A stretch of DNA of 63,420 nt, filler included, from Reclinomonas americana ATCC 50394 (lineage: Eukaryota): NCBI GenBank assembly GCA_048213135.1. It is 6 parts of 4 records of this genome, joined end to end, with 100 filler letters (N's around TTAATTAATTAA, not from the genome) between each part and the next. Parts side by side here need not be neighbours in the genome. Positions count along the whole stretch, not along the records: positions 1 to 19,596 come from PS015194.1; positions 19,697 to 26,610 come from PS015194.1; positions 26,711 to 47,053 come from PS015194.1; 3 more parts are not named here. One strand, 5' to 3'. A model generated the notes under the pieces. It was not told where the DNA came from. It searched no databases and saw nothing but the letters and a program-made list of their open reading frames with translations. The position numbers and the translations under genes are program-made. Below, piece after piece: positions 13,201 to 26,899 of the stretch. Position 1 is the stretch's first letter. Each line of letters begins with the position of its first letter.

Positions 13201-16200
13201 CAGACTCACCGGTGACGAGAACTGGGAAGGAGTCGGCGAGTCGGCATGTCCGGCGGTCGTTGCGACTCCGGCAATGGTCGAGACCAATCCGGCGGCCGAC
13301 ACGGTGCGCATCGTGTGGTTCGCAGTCTGCATATGTGATGAGGTCGGCAAGAGCACGAAGAAAACAACCAGAAATCAGCACGTGTGATCGCACGCAACGT
13401 CGGCAACATAGAGCATGCCAGAAACCAAATCAATGTCCACCGCAGCCGGACTGGAGAAGAGCGCATCGGTCCCCGTCCCGTCCGTGCTGCCGCTGACTGT
13501 CAGCTGTCCGACAAAGGTGGTGACAGCAAATGTCTGCGTATCGATCTTGCGAATCGCATGGTTGTCTCTGTCGGCAACAAAGAGGAATGAACGCGCAGTA
13601 TCCAACGCCACGCTGGTGGGCGAACTGAATGTGGCCATTGTCCCGGTGGCGTTATCTGCATGGCCGCTAGAACCACTTGTGCCGGCCACTGTGGTAACCG
13701 CGCCGGTGCTGATCGTGATGCGCCTGCGTATGTACGAGTGCGTGAGGAAGGAGATAAACCCGGCTGCGTGGCTAGCAATAACAGCAACACATCGCACCGT
13801 ACGCTGTGGTTCTGCTGGTCGGCCACGTATACGACCTGCGAGGCCGAGTGGACTGCCACACCAGCCGGATGACTGAACGATGCCGATGTACCAGTCGCGT
13901 TTGTGCTGCCGGTAGAACCCGTACCGGCAACCGTGCGTACCGTACTGCTGGTGGTGATGGTACGAATGGCGTGGTTGTTATACTGTGGTGCACCACCATG
14001 TCAGCGCAACAGAAAAGAATTGCAACTCCTTACAAGGGGAGCACGCACATCGGCAATGTAAACAATGCCAGTCNNNNNNNNNNNNNNNNNNNNNNNNNNN
14101 NNNNNNNNNNNNNNNNNNNNNNNNNNNNNNNNNNNNNNNNNNNNNNNNNNNNNNNNNNNNNNNNNNNNNNNNNNNNNNNNNNNNNNNNNNNNNNNNNNNN
14201 NNNNNNNNNNNNNNNNNNNNNNNNNNNNNNNNNNNNNNNNNNNNNNNNNNNNNNNNNNNNNNNNNNNNNNNNNNNNNNNNNNNNNNNNNNNNNNNNNNNN
14301 NNNNNNNNNNNNNNNNNNNNNNNNNNNNNNNNNNNNNNNNNNNNNNNNNNNNNNNNNNNNNNNNNNNNNNNNNNNNNNNNNNNNNNNNNNNNNNNNNNNN
14401 NNNNNNNNNNNNNNNNNNNNNNNNNNNNNNNNNNNNNNNNNNNNNNNNNNNNNNNNNNNNNNNNNNNNNNNNNNNNNNNNNNNNNNNNNNNNNNNNNNNN
14501 NNNNNNNNNNNNNNNNNNNNNNNNNNNNNNNNNNNNNNNNNNNNNNNNNNNNNNNNNNNNNNNNNNNNNNNNNAGGCTGTCAACATCCACATCACTCGGA
14601 CTGCACAAAGAGCACACGTGAGCACACGAAGATCAGTGAGATTGAGCGAGCGAGAGAGCGAGCGCACTTTCTGAATGAAGCCGCCAGAGAGCTATTGTCA
14701 CTGAAGCCAGTCACACCGGCTTGACCGGCCAGTGTCGTCACCGATCCTTGTTGCGTGACCTTGCGAATTGTGTGATTCCTAACGGCACAGTAATCAGATC
14801 CGACTGTCACTCAGCTGAGACATGCAATGCGTGCCCTCTCACCCATAATCGGCCACCAGCACGTTACCGTTGCTGTCGACGCAGACGCCCTATTATCGGC
14901 ACCGACAAACAACAATAAAGTAAGGAGGTATCGATTGTCACGACAGCGGCGTGGTGCAGCATCCGAACCCGAAGCCCGCTGAACGAGGCAGAGGGGCCCG
15001 ACGATGAATCAACGGCGCCTGTCGACTGAGCGACACCGGCCAACGTGGACACGGAGACAGAGCGATCAAAGGCGGCCGCCGACTGCGAAATGTCGAAAGA
15101 GGCGGCCAGGCGAATGGCACTCTGAGCGTTACCGGTGCCTTGCAGCGTGGCAGAAGAGGTGGCGATGTTTGTGGCTCCGTCCGTGGAGACAACGGCACCT
15201 GTTTCCACACACACACAGAAAGACCAAGTTTGGTAACGAACGAGAATCCAAGGGTGTGTGGACTCCACCGCTCACAGACCTGCAGTGATAAACGACCTGA
15301 TCGAGGTCGCCGACTGTCCCCCAGAGGCAGCACGATAGTAGTATGTCGTACTCGGCTGCAGTGCCGACACATCGGCACTGATGCTGGCTCCTGTGATGCC
15401 AGTCACCGTGGCGGGAGTGGCGGCGACGGTGGACGGTGGAAGAGCGACCGAGCGAATCGTGTGGTGTCCCGTATCTGCAACAGTACGACAGTGAAACAAA
15501 GGGAAGGACGACATCGCGACGCGTCAAGCCCACACACACCGACGACAATGGCAGCAGAGAGTGCCGACGAATAGTCGACACCCGCCTGTGACATCAGGGC
15601 AACGAGGAACATGTGATCACAGACAGTGGTTGCAATGGAGCGACAAAGCACGTACCGGCTGTGACAGGGAGCTACTCGCATCGACCAGAGTCGACACAGC
15701 TCCTGTGGATGCGGAAATAAGGCGTACAAGAGAGTTGCCGGTCTGTGGCTGCGCATGAGTAATTGTGCGCTAATCACCAACAACCATCATCGGCACGCTC
15801 ACCTCGGCAACGTACAACACATTGGAGAAGACATCAATGGAGATACTGCGCGGCGTGGAGAAACGAGCAGTGCTGCCATCCGCGGCGTCCGTCGACCCCG
15901 TCATGCCTGTGGACGTTTTTGTTCGTTCAATCTCCGAGCAGATAGAGCGCGGAACCAATGCACACAGGCAGTGAAGTGTACGCACCAACAGCGCCGGCCA
16001 ACACACTCAATTGTCCATTTGTCAGGTCGACCACGCGCACCACATGATTGCTCGAGTCGGCAACGTACAGCAGCGAGCGGGTGGAGTCGACAGCCACTCC
16101 CGTCGGCGCATTAAGACCAGCACTACTGTCCACAACAGTAGACGTGCTACCGGTGCCCAGGGCAACTTGCCTGTTGTGTACAAAGGACCAAACGCTGGTG

Positions 16201-19200
16201 AGTACTTGTTCACATCAAGTGCGCACTCGATGCCAGCAAGGCAGACCTGATTGCATTGTTGTTCTTGTCGGCCACATAGACAACTCCCCCACTTGCGTCC
16301 ACCGCCACGTCGGTTGGCTGATTGAAGCTTGCCAGATTTCCAGCACTGTTGTCGCTGCTGCCACCAGCACCAGTGCCGGCCAGTGTGGTAAGGGAGGCAG
16401 CGGAGAGCTTGCGTACCGCATGATTGCCAGCCTGCGTCACACACACATACACACATTCAGACAACCGACCAAAGGCAACGCACACGCACACGACACTGCA
16501 ACTCACATCGGCAATGTACACGTCACCAGTCGGTCCGTCGACATCGCAACCGGTCGGACTGCATCTCGGCAATTCAATGGACAGGCAGGCATACGAGAAA
16601 AAGCAGCATCAAGAAAGTCTGCACGTACCTGCTGAATCTGGCACTCCGTGCCGGTCCGTCCACAAACGCTGTGGAGGCGTACGCGCCTGCCACTGTTGTT
16701 ACTACACCCGCAGATGTCACTTGTCGGAGCAGCGAATTTCTGTGCACCCTAGCAGTTTAGCGCACACAAGGAAGACTTGGCCAACACACGTACACACACA
16801 CACACACGCACCCAGTGTCCACAATGTAGATGACACCACCGGCTGAAGCACACACTCCCTGCGCAGAGAGACTCAGTCATAAAGGAAGGATATGCTTGAA
16901 AAATAGGACACAACGCACTTGTGGTGACTGGAACCTTGCACCGCTCCCAGTCCCATCGGTGTGACCACCCGAGGACGTCACTCCGCACAGAGTGGAAACG
17001 GAAATCGGTCGGTCAAACGCCGCGAGTACGGGAGACAGAGAGAAGGAGTTGGTGAATGGACCGGCTCCAAAGGAGGCGACCTTGCCGCGCAGCGTCACCG
17101 ACGATGCGGTAATCGAGCTCGTGCTGACAGTCAGAGTGGTAGCTGCAGGCGCCTGAACCGCCACAACCGCCAGTGTGTCGCCGTACTGCGGCGGAGTAGG
17201 ACTGCCGACATCGGCCTTGATGCGGAAGTAGGTGGCGTGGTCAGAGGCCAGATTGCCGAGGCTTACAGTGAACGGCACTGGACCAGTCGACAGTGCGGAG
17301 ATGGTACCAGCCGAGTACGTGGTCACGCTGCCACTCATTCCACGGTCGGACGACACGTCGAACGACACGGTCACTGCCAGGCCGCCATTGCCATCCACCG
17401 TGCCCGTCAACACTGCCGAATTCGTGGTGACACTGGTGGCGACGGTAGTGGTCGCCAGTGGCACTGTAATCGTGGTGAACGACGTCGAGCTGCTGTACTG
17501 CACCGTAGCGCCACTGCCACTCGAAAGGACGGCGATACGCACGTTATAGGTAGTGCCCGGTGACAGCGAGCTCGCTGAGGCGGTGATGGTCACGTCGATT
17601 GACAGGCTCGCAGAGGCCGTGCCGGCGGCCAACGACGTCACCCCACTCGCAAACGTGCTGTCCGTGGTGATCTCAAACGATGTCGAGGCCGCCGGTCCAC
17701 CGTGCACATTCACCGTGCCGGACAAGCTGGCGGCAAAAGGCAGAATGCTGCTGACGGAAAGAGACCCGCTGGTTGGTGGCGTTGTGGTTGCAAATGACAC
17801 AACAGAGCCGTACTGCGTGCTGGCACCGGAGCCGACAACGGCCAGAATTCGGAAATAGTACGTCGTGCCGGGCTGCAGTGCCGACACTGTGGTGGTGAAC
17901 AGCGAGTCGCCCGAGGAACCGTTGGTGAGGGTGCCGGCACTGGGCGTGGCCACGAGTGCGGTTATTCCCGCGTTGGTGGCCAGCTCAAACGAGACGGTGA
18001 CAGCCAGCCCTCCATGAGCATTGGCCGTGCCTGTCAGCACTGCCGATACGAAAGTGATGGATGACGCGGAACCGGTGGTCGCCGTCGGTAGCGCCAGAGT
18101 GGCGAACGAAGAAACGAGACCACGCGACCCAGAAGCCACAGCGCGATAGTAGTACGTAGTCGACGGTGCCAGCGAGTACAACGGCAACGATATAGACGTT
18201 AGACTGTTGCCTGCAACCGAGAGTGGCGTGGCTGGCACAGTGACAGTGGGGACCAGTAGGCGGCGGATAGTGCTGCTGTTTGCGTCTGCAACATTGCCGC
18301 ACACATGTGTCAGCCAGCTACCATGTGTCTCACGAGACGGGAAAGGAAGCCGTACCGGCAACATAGACTGCAGTCGGATTCTGCGATTGAGATGGATCAA
18401 CCGCAATGCCTTGCTGCGCGCCAAGAAGCAGACAACGAATCAGGGTTGTGATCTTTTTGTAGTGAAGGGCGCACAGTTGCAAAGCACTCACCGATCCATC
18501 AAAGAGTGCCGCCATGGCTAGGCCGTCGGTCCAACCAGTGCTGCCACTAATGCCGGCCAGCGTCGTCACAATGCCTGCACTCGTCATCTGCCTCACAGTG
18601 CTTCCCTGTGCTCGATAACATTGGTGAGTTCAACAACAGTGAATAGCAACAAACAGACACAGATAGGCACGCAACGTCCGTGACATACAGCACGCCAAAT
18701 GTGGGGTTGACCGCGACTGATGTCAACGACGAGAACCGTGCCGCTGATCCTTTGCCGTCCACCACTGAGGCGCTGGCACCACTCAGTCCGGCCAATGTGA
18801 ACACAGACGTGGTCACCAGATCGACACGACGGATGACACGATTGCCACTGTCGGCCACATAGGCCAGCAGCCCGTCGCTCGTGACGGCCACATCGCTTGG
18901 CAAGTTGAAGGAAGACTGCGTGCCAATGACGCTGTCTACGGCACCAGGAGCAGCGCCCGCCTGTCCAGCAACGGTGGAACTCACACCGGCGTATGTGACG
19001 CGACTATACAGATTGACACGTGAGCAAACGACGGAAGCATCGAATTGGGGAAAATGAAAGCACACAAGATACACGCACCGCAGCAAGTGGTTGTTAACGT
19101 CGGCCACGAACACGGCACCGCCGGCGACATCAATACCTCGTGTGGTGTCAAATGTAGCGGAGGAACCAGAGCCGTCGGCGTGGCCTGCACCTTGACCGCC

Positions 19201-22200
19201 GGCCAGTGTCGACACAACGCCTCCAGAGATGCGACGAACCGCCTGATTGCCGCTCTATGTACATTCACAAACACGCACACAAGTAAATGCGCTGCGTACA
19301 AAACAATAAGGAAAACACAGCAACTGTCTCTACTACGCACATCGGCCACAAAAATGTCACCCGTTGTCGTGTCCACGGCAACGTCGGTTGGTCTGCGTGA
19401 GGAAAGATGCAGATGAATGACAAGCAGAAGGCAAATGAAGAAGGCGGTAAGCAAACGAGCGCACGAATGAAAGCTGGCCATCAACGCCGACGAGTTGTCG
19501 GCGTACGCTGCGACGCCCTGCTTTCCGGCCACTGTCGTCGTACTGCCGGCAGTAGTCACGCGGCGCACGACGTGATTGCTGCGCACCCATGCCGCANNNN
19601 NNNNNNNNNNNNNNNNNNNNNNNNNNNNNNNNNNNNNNNNTTAATTAATTAANNNNNNNNNNNNNNNNNNNNNNNNNNNNNNNNNNNNNNNNNNNNCACC
19701 CAAGAAAACCGTCAGAGTCACAAAGAAGCGGTTCTCCCAGGCACTGGCGTGTGCGACAGAACTTGCGGAAGGTGGCAAAAGACACGTAGCCATTTGTGAA
19801 GCCACCGAGTCCCGACTGACCAGCCACAGTGGTCACCACACCTGCCGTGGTGACCTTGCGGATTGTGTGATATCTAGTCCAAACACAAGGTAAGTTTTCG
19901 CGACTGCGCTCATGAAGCCAGCCAGCAAGTGACCGCTGCGCTCACGCAACGTGGGATCGGCAACATACAGGGAACCTGCCGTGTCAAGGCTCATTCGCTG
20001 CGAAACACACTGAGCATCCTCGGAAAGCAAAAAATTCTCGTTCATCGACGTACCGCGGGAGCGCCAAAGAGAGCCGAGGAACCCGTGCCGTCAGTTGCCC
20101 CCGCAGACCCCGCGGTGCCAACAAATGTGCTCACTGTGGCGCTAGTGCCAAAAACCGACGACGACAGTGCCAGTTCGAAAGACGCACTTACAGTGCCTGA
20201 ACCTTGCGCATTGACAGTGCCCGAGATAGAGGCGGTGGTCAGCGTCACGCTGGATGCAGAGCCAGTGGCGACCGTGGGTGCTGATGAGTAGCGTAGCGCG
20301 GTGAGAGGAGCGAGGAAGAGAAGGATAGGGAGAAGGAGGTGAAGACTCAACTGGAGGACGACGTGGTAAACGACTGCAGAGATCCGTACTGTCCGTTGTC
20401 GCTCGATGCGCGATAGTAGTACAACGTTGCTGCCTGCAACTGGGTGAGCGCCAGCGAGATGCTCGTGTCGGAAGTGCCGGAGACAGTGGACGGTGAGGCA
20501 GTGACGGAGGTGGCAGCCAGTGTGATGCGCCGAATGGTCACCCCCACGAAATCTGCCGACAAATCGCCATGCGGGTGAGATGCGCAAAACGCACAACGTG
20601 GCACACATAATATATGTGTAAACGCACCGGAGACAAGCAGGAAGCCACGGACAGGATCATACGCAAGGCCATTCTGCGCAGGCGGGTGAGTGCATTCAGT
20701 TAATTATTCACACGAAGCTGTGTACGCACTGGGAACGCGAATTGCGCCTGATTGCCTGCTCCATCTGCAGAACCGGTGGCTCCGGTTCCGGCGAGAGACG
20801 TGACGAGCCCGGCGCTCGAAATCTGCCGCACGCTAAAATTGTTCACCTGGCCCAGAACCGTTGAGTAACAGAAGCGGGTGATACGCTAACGGAGGTAGTA
20901 CAGAAGCAACGAAACATCGCCGACATACACCACGTTGGCCACAGGATCGACTGCCACGGTCGATGGATGATTGAACCTTGCCGCGGACCCACTGCCGTCA
21001 GTGTACGCGCAGCTGCCATTGGTGCCAGCCAGCGTCGACACTGCCATGGAGGAGATGACGATTTTGCGGATCGAGCAATTGTTGTAGTCGGCTACGTAGA
21101 GCAGGCCACGCCCAGAGTCGAGCGCAATGTCATTCGGGCCGTTGAAACGCGCTGCACTACCGGTGCCATCGGCGGTGCCTGAACTCGTGAGCGTGCCAGC
21201 CACGGTGGTGGTAACACCGGCGTATGTCACCTTGCTGCAATGATCGACCAGCACCGTCAGCAACGATTTCCCTTACTGGAACTGCGCTGGCACATACCGA
21301 ATGGCATGATTATTCGAGTCCGCGACATACACCACACCAGATGCACTATCGACAGCGAGACCACCGTTGCTGTTGAATTGAGCGGCGGGACCTGTGCCAT
21401 CGACAGCACCAGCGGTATTACTGCCAGCGAGGGTCGACACGTAGTTGGCGGCGATTTTACGAATGGCGTTGTTGAGTTGCTGTGGAACGCATGAATAAAC
21501 ACAAAGCAATACACACATGCAAGTCATATCAGCAGCTACAGTGGTGCGGTACCTCGCTGACGTAGAGCGCGCCGGTGGAGTTGTCGATCGCCACGGCGGT
21601 CGGGCTGTGCCCGCACGCATGTCAATGACAGCTGGGGCAAAGAAAGCAGGAGGCACGCAACTGCTTGAAAGTAGCAATGGCAACGGATCCGTTGACGAAA
21701 CTAGCCGTGTTAGGATCTCCGGCAACCGTCGTCACCACGCCACCGGTGGTGACCTTTCGAATAGTGTTGATCCTGGTCACGAGAATACACACGACGGCGG
21801 GGTAAGTGTGTGCACATCACTCAAGGAGACACAGATCTGCTTTCAATACGCACAAAATGTCGGCCACATAGAGGGAACCAGAGCTGTCCAAGCACATGCG
21901 CTGATCGCAGAAGAGGTGAGAATTCGAGACATATAAAACAAAGCATCGCGCGGTCAGCGTACTCACACCCGGTCCGTTGAATCGCGCATTCGAGCCCGTG
22001 CCGTCAGAACCGCCTGTTTGCCCTGCGCTGCCGACGAGCGTGCTCACAGTGGCAGTAACCCCAAAGGCCGATGACGACAGAGCTACCTCGAAAGCAGCCG
22101 ATGCACCGCTAATACCCTGGGCATTGATCGTGCCAGACACGCTAGCTGTGGTAGCCGTGACAGCGCTAGACGAACCGGTGACCGCCGTGTCGACTGCAAA

Positions 22201-25200
22201 CAGTACAAACACGAGCGTTGGTTGACACGGACAATGTGAAAAGTATGCGAAGTATGGAGAGCACTGCTAACTTGATGTGGCGAATGACAACACTGATCCG
22301 TATTGCGCATTGTCGCTGGTTGCGCGATAGTAGTACGTGGTCGACGGCAGCAGTTGAGTGAGTGCCAACGAAGTACTGGTATTCGAGGTGCCAGACACAG
22401 TGGAGGGCGATGCTGTGAATGAGAGGGCCGCCAGCGTGATTCGCCGCACAGTGTTGTTGTTCGTGTCTGCAATCATCACGAACGGCGATAGTGAGCTGAG
22501 AGGCACAGAAGTGAGGGCAAAGGGGGCGAGGGCGATGGCACACCGGAGACGAGAAGATATCCATTCTCGGCATCATACGCAAGACCGGCCTGGCAAGAGA
22601 AATCAGAGCAGAGATGAACGTCAGTTCATGCTGCAAGCCGCAGCACATGAAGGGGTCAAAACTGCACCGGATGAGAAAACAGCGAACTGAAGGCGGAGCC
22701 GTCGGTACTACCGGTGGTAGACAAGCCTCCAGCAAATGTGGTCACCACACCAGACGATGATACTTGGCGAATGGTGCTGAGCGATTGCTGCTCATCATCG
22801 ATCACAATGAGCTGACCACACTGCTTGGTATGTCATCGAAGATTTACACGCAACGTCCGCGTAAAATAGAGTGCCAGACACGGGGTCCACAGTCAGACCA
22901 TACGGTGTGCCAATGGTCGCCGCAGTGCCAGTTCCGTCGGCAGCACCAGTGACGCCGACCAGGCCAGCCAGTGTACTCACCGTGGCCCCAGAAATGACGA
23001 CCTTGCGAATCAAGTGATTGTTGTAGTCTCCGACATACAGGTTGCCACGACCAACATCCACCGCCAATCCAATCGGCTGATTAAACCTGGCAGCCGACCC
23101 CGAGCCGTCAGTGGATCCCGCCGTGCTCAGAAGACCGGCAAGTGTCGTCACCACTCCACCAAATGTCACACGACTGCCAGTCGACGAATGTCAGTAACAA
23201 CAACAACAGAATACCGCCATCATATCCAAAGTGCCTCACCGAATGGCATGATTGAGATAGTCGGCGACATAAACGAAACCGCCAGCGCCGTCCACAGCGA
23301 CACTCTCCGGCACGTTGAACTGGGCCAGCACGCCGGTGCCATCGGCCGCACCAGCTGTACCGCTGCCCGCCAACGTGGATACGTAGCCACCGGATATCTT
23401 GCGAATTGTGCTATTGCCCTCCTGTAGAATGCCCACAACATCTCAGTACACGGCGGTGTGCTTGGCGACAGCACTGTCAGGTGTAATGCGCACCTCGCAA
23501 ACATACAAGTCTCCGTGCACAGTGTCACACGCAATACCCGCAGGGCTGCAAGCAACGGTTAATCCACGGTGGTGATTGCGCTGCTCGGCTATTCAGACGC
23601 AACGCATTGAACGTGGCCTGCAGAGTTGATCCATTCGTGCTGCCCGCAACACCCGTCATGCCAGCCACTGTCGTCACCACGCCACCCGTTGTCACCTTGC
23701 GGATTGTGTGCGAGCTGCGCAGTCAACGTATTCAGCAGTGATGACAAGGTGAACAGTGCATGGTGCACCGCGTCACGCAACCCATTGTCGGGCACAAAAG
23801 CCGTGCCTGAGTTGTCCACACAGAGTCGCTGCGCGATGAAACAGTTGTCGGCTTCTTCAGCAACACAACAAGTCACACGCAAAGAGGTCACCAACCGCAG
23901 GCACGTGGAACACTGCCGCCGATCCCGTCGCATCGGTGTGGCCTGGACCACCAGCCGTGCCGGCCAGCGTGCTCACCGTGACCGTCGCCCCAAAGGCCGA
24001 CGATGACAGTGCCACGTCAAATGCAGCCGACGCGCCGCTAATACCCTGCGCGTTGAGTGTGCCCGACACCGTGGCCGACACGGCCGTGATGGCACTTGAT
24101 GTGCCAGTGGAGGCCGAGTTTGCTGTGGCGGGTGGGGACATGGTGAGCACATCAATGGAACGGTTGCCGGCACGGCAAGGGAAATCTCACATACATGATG
24201 TGGTGAATGACAGCGCCGATCCATATTGGCCGTTGTCGCTGGCCGCGCGATAATAGTACGTCGTCGACGGTAGCAGCTGCGACAGCGCCAGAGAGATGCT
24301 GGTGTTGGAGGTACCAGAGGCGGTGGAGGGAGAGGCGCTGATTGACGGTGCCGGGATGGTGACCCGTCGGATGGTGTGACTGCCACTGTCTGTGAACGGG
24401 GCAACATAGATATGATTAGCAACACAAGCAACAGCGCCCTTGACGCGCGCGAAGCAACAAACCGGCCACGAGCAGCCACCCATTCATGGCGTCATAAGCA
24501 ACGCCACTCTGTGCCACGCAATCATCAACAAAGTAGTGAGTCTTAGCATGTCATGCATGACTCGCGTGCGAATGACGCACCGGGGAGTTGAATGAGGCAC
24601 TCGTTGATCCGGCGCCATCTGCTGTGCCAGTACTTCCAACCAATCCAGCTATGGTCGTGACAACACCAGCTGTAGTGATTTGGCGAATAGTGCTGTAGTT
24701 TTGCTGCAGCGATCATTTCGAGAAAGTAGTGAGTGCCTGCTCTCCCACCCTCACGACGCACACACAGCATGCGATACCTCCGCCATGTACGCTATTCCTG
24801 TCGCCAGATCCACGGTGATACTCTGAACAATACCCATGGTCGAGCCGGTTCCATATCCGTCACTGGCGCCAGCGACATTCAACTGGCCTGCAATCGTGGA
24901 CACAGTGGCACCGGAGATAGTGATCTTGCGGATGAGTCGATTGCCGTAGTCACCGACATACAGGAAGCCACGACCGGAATCGATGGCCAGTGCAGTTGGC
25001 GAGTTGAACCGAGCCGTCGAACCACTTCCGTCCGCCGATCCGCTGCTCCCAATCACACCAGCAAACGTGGTCGCCACCCCAGCAAATGTGATTTGGCTGC
25101 GTGCGAACGAACGGTCAGTCGCATGCAAGCACTAATGGACACAAGAGGAGACCAAAAGCAAACGTACCGAATGGCATGATTGTTGTAGTCGGCAACATAC

Positions 25201-26458
25201 ACGTTTTGCGCAGTAGCATCCACCGCAATGCCATTGGGTAGATTGAACCTGGCTGCGGCGCCAGTGCCATTTGCAGTTCCAGACGTGCCGTTGCCGGCCA
25301 ACGTGGAGACAAACTGCCCGGATATCTTGCGCACGGTGTGATTGATCTCCTGCAGGATGCAGAATACCAATCAGAAATGAGCACGTGATAATGAGACAGG
25401 CAGCGGTACTTGGAGAACTGACGCACCTCAGTGACATACACAGTTCCACGCAGCGTGTCATATGCGGCGTAGATTGGTCTGTAGCAAGCGGTAAGAGCTT
25501 GTCGCACAGCGTACCGACGATGCACAACGCAACTGATTGAACGTCGCCTGCTGTGTGGAGCCGTCAACATAGCTAGCCGTGCCGGAGATGCCAGCCACGG
25601 TCGTGACCACACCGGCCGACGTCATTTTGCGAATGGTGTGAGAGCTGCAAGGCAGAAGAAGGAAACGGTGTGGGTCTGAGAGAAAGAGACATCGACGTGA
25701 TGAAGAGAGCAAGGGTTACCCGTGGTCAGGAATGTAGGCATTGCCAGCGTTGTCAATGCACAGGCGCTGTGGAACAAGAAGCCACACATCAGCGACTTTT
25801 GTGATCAAATGTCAAACAGCAACAGCACGACGCACAGCTGGCTGATTGAATCGCGCAGCCGTTCCCGTGTTATCCGTGTGTCCCGCCATGCCAGCGGCAC
25901 CAGCCACCGTTGTCACCGACACAGTCGCTCCAAACGAACTGGACGACAAGCCAACCTCAAAGGCGGCCGTGACGCCACTGATGCCCTGAGCATTCACAGT
26001 GCCGCTCACAGTCGCCGTGATGGCCGTGACACTGCTCGACGAGCCGGTAGTGACCGCGATGGCTGCGCACAACGGACGGCTGTGAGACGGCGCAGTAGTG
26101 GAAGATCGAACCGGCGTTGCTCACCTGGCGTGCTGAACGACAACACGGATCCCGTCTGACCGTCATCGGCGACTGCTCGAAAGTTGTACGTGGTACCTCT
26201 CGTCAGGTTGGACAGGGAGGTGCTGATAGCGGTGGAAAAGTTGGCTGACACGGTGCTCGGCGACGCCGTGAGGTTGAGGGCTTTGAGGGACACTTGGCGG
26301 ATCAGATGGTTGTTGTTCTCTGCGGCAACACAGGAACATAAAGTGTGAGGTTAATGATCATAACAATTGTGGAACGCACACACGAACCGACAACAAACAG
26401 GCAGTCAGATGTCAGGTGGTAGCAAATGCCGTTCTGCGGGGGTCGCGTTCAGAGATCG

Positions 26459-26528
<70 letters not shown>

Positions 26529-26827
26529 CTAGTAGTACGTGACGAGTACGTACTTAACTAACGACGTACTAACGTTTAACGTACGGTAACCGTACGACGG
26601 TAACCGGTTANNNNNNNNNNNNNNNNNNNNNNNNNNNNNNNNNNNNNNNNNNNNTTAATTAATTAANNNNNNNNNNNNNNNNNNNNNNNNNNNNNNNNNN
26701 NNNNNNNNNNACCGAACCAACCGACACACGAACCGAACCGAACAAACAACGACGACGTACGAGAGTAGTCGTAGGTAGGTAGGTCGAAGTAGCGTCGTCG
26801 TCGGTCGGGTCGGTCGGTCGTAGAGAG

Positions 26828-26899
<72 letters not shown>

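Noticed and set aside
19641-19652. TTAATTAATTAA repeated five times, as a possible biological repeat or TTAA transposon target
   Set aside because: Always centred in 44+44 Ns, so it is an artificial six-frame-stop contig linker
26527-26829. Odd TACG/GTAC/ACCGA-rich sequence flanking the spacer
   Set aside because: Follows long (TG)n runs at contig ends and looks like degraded pyrosequencing read tails
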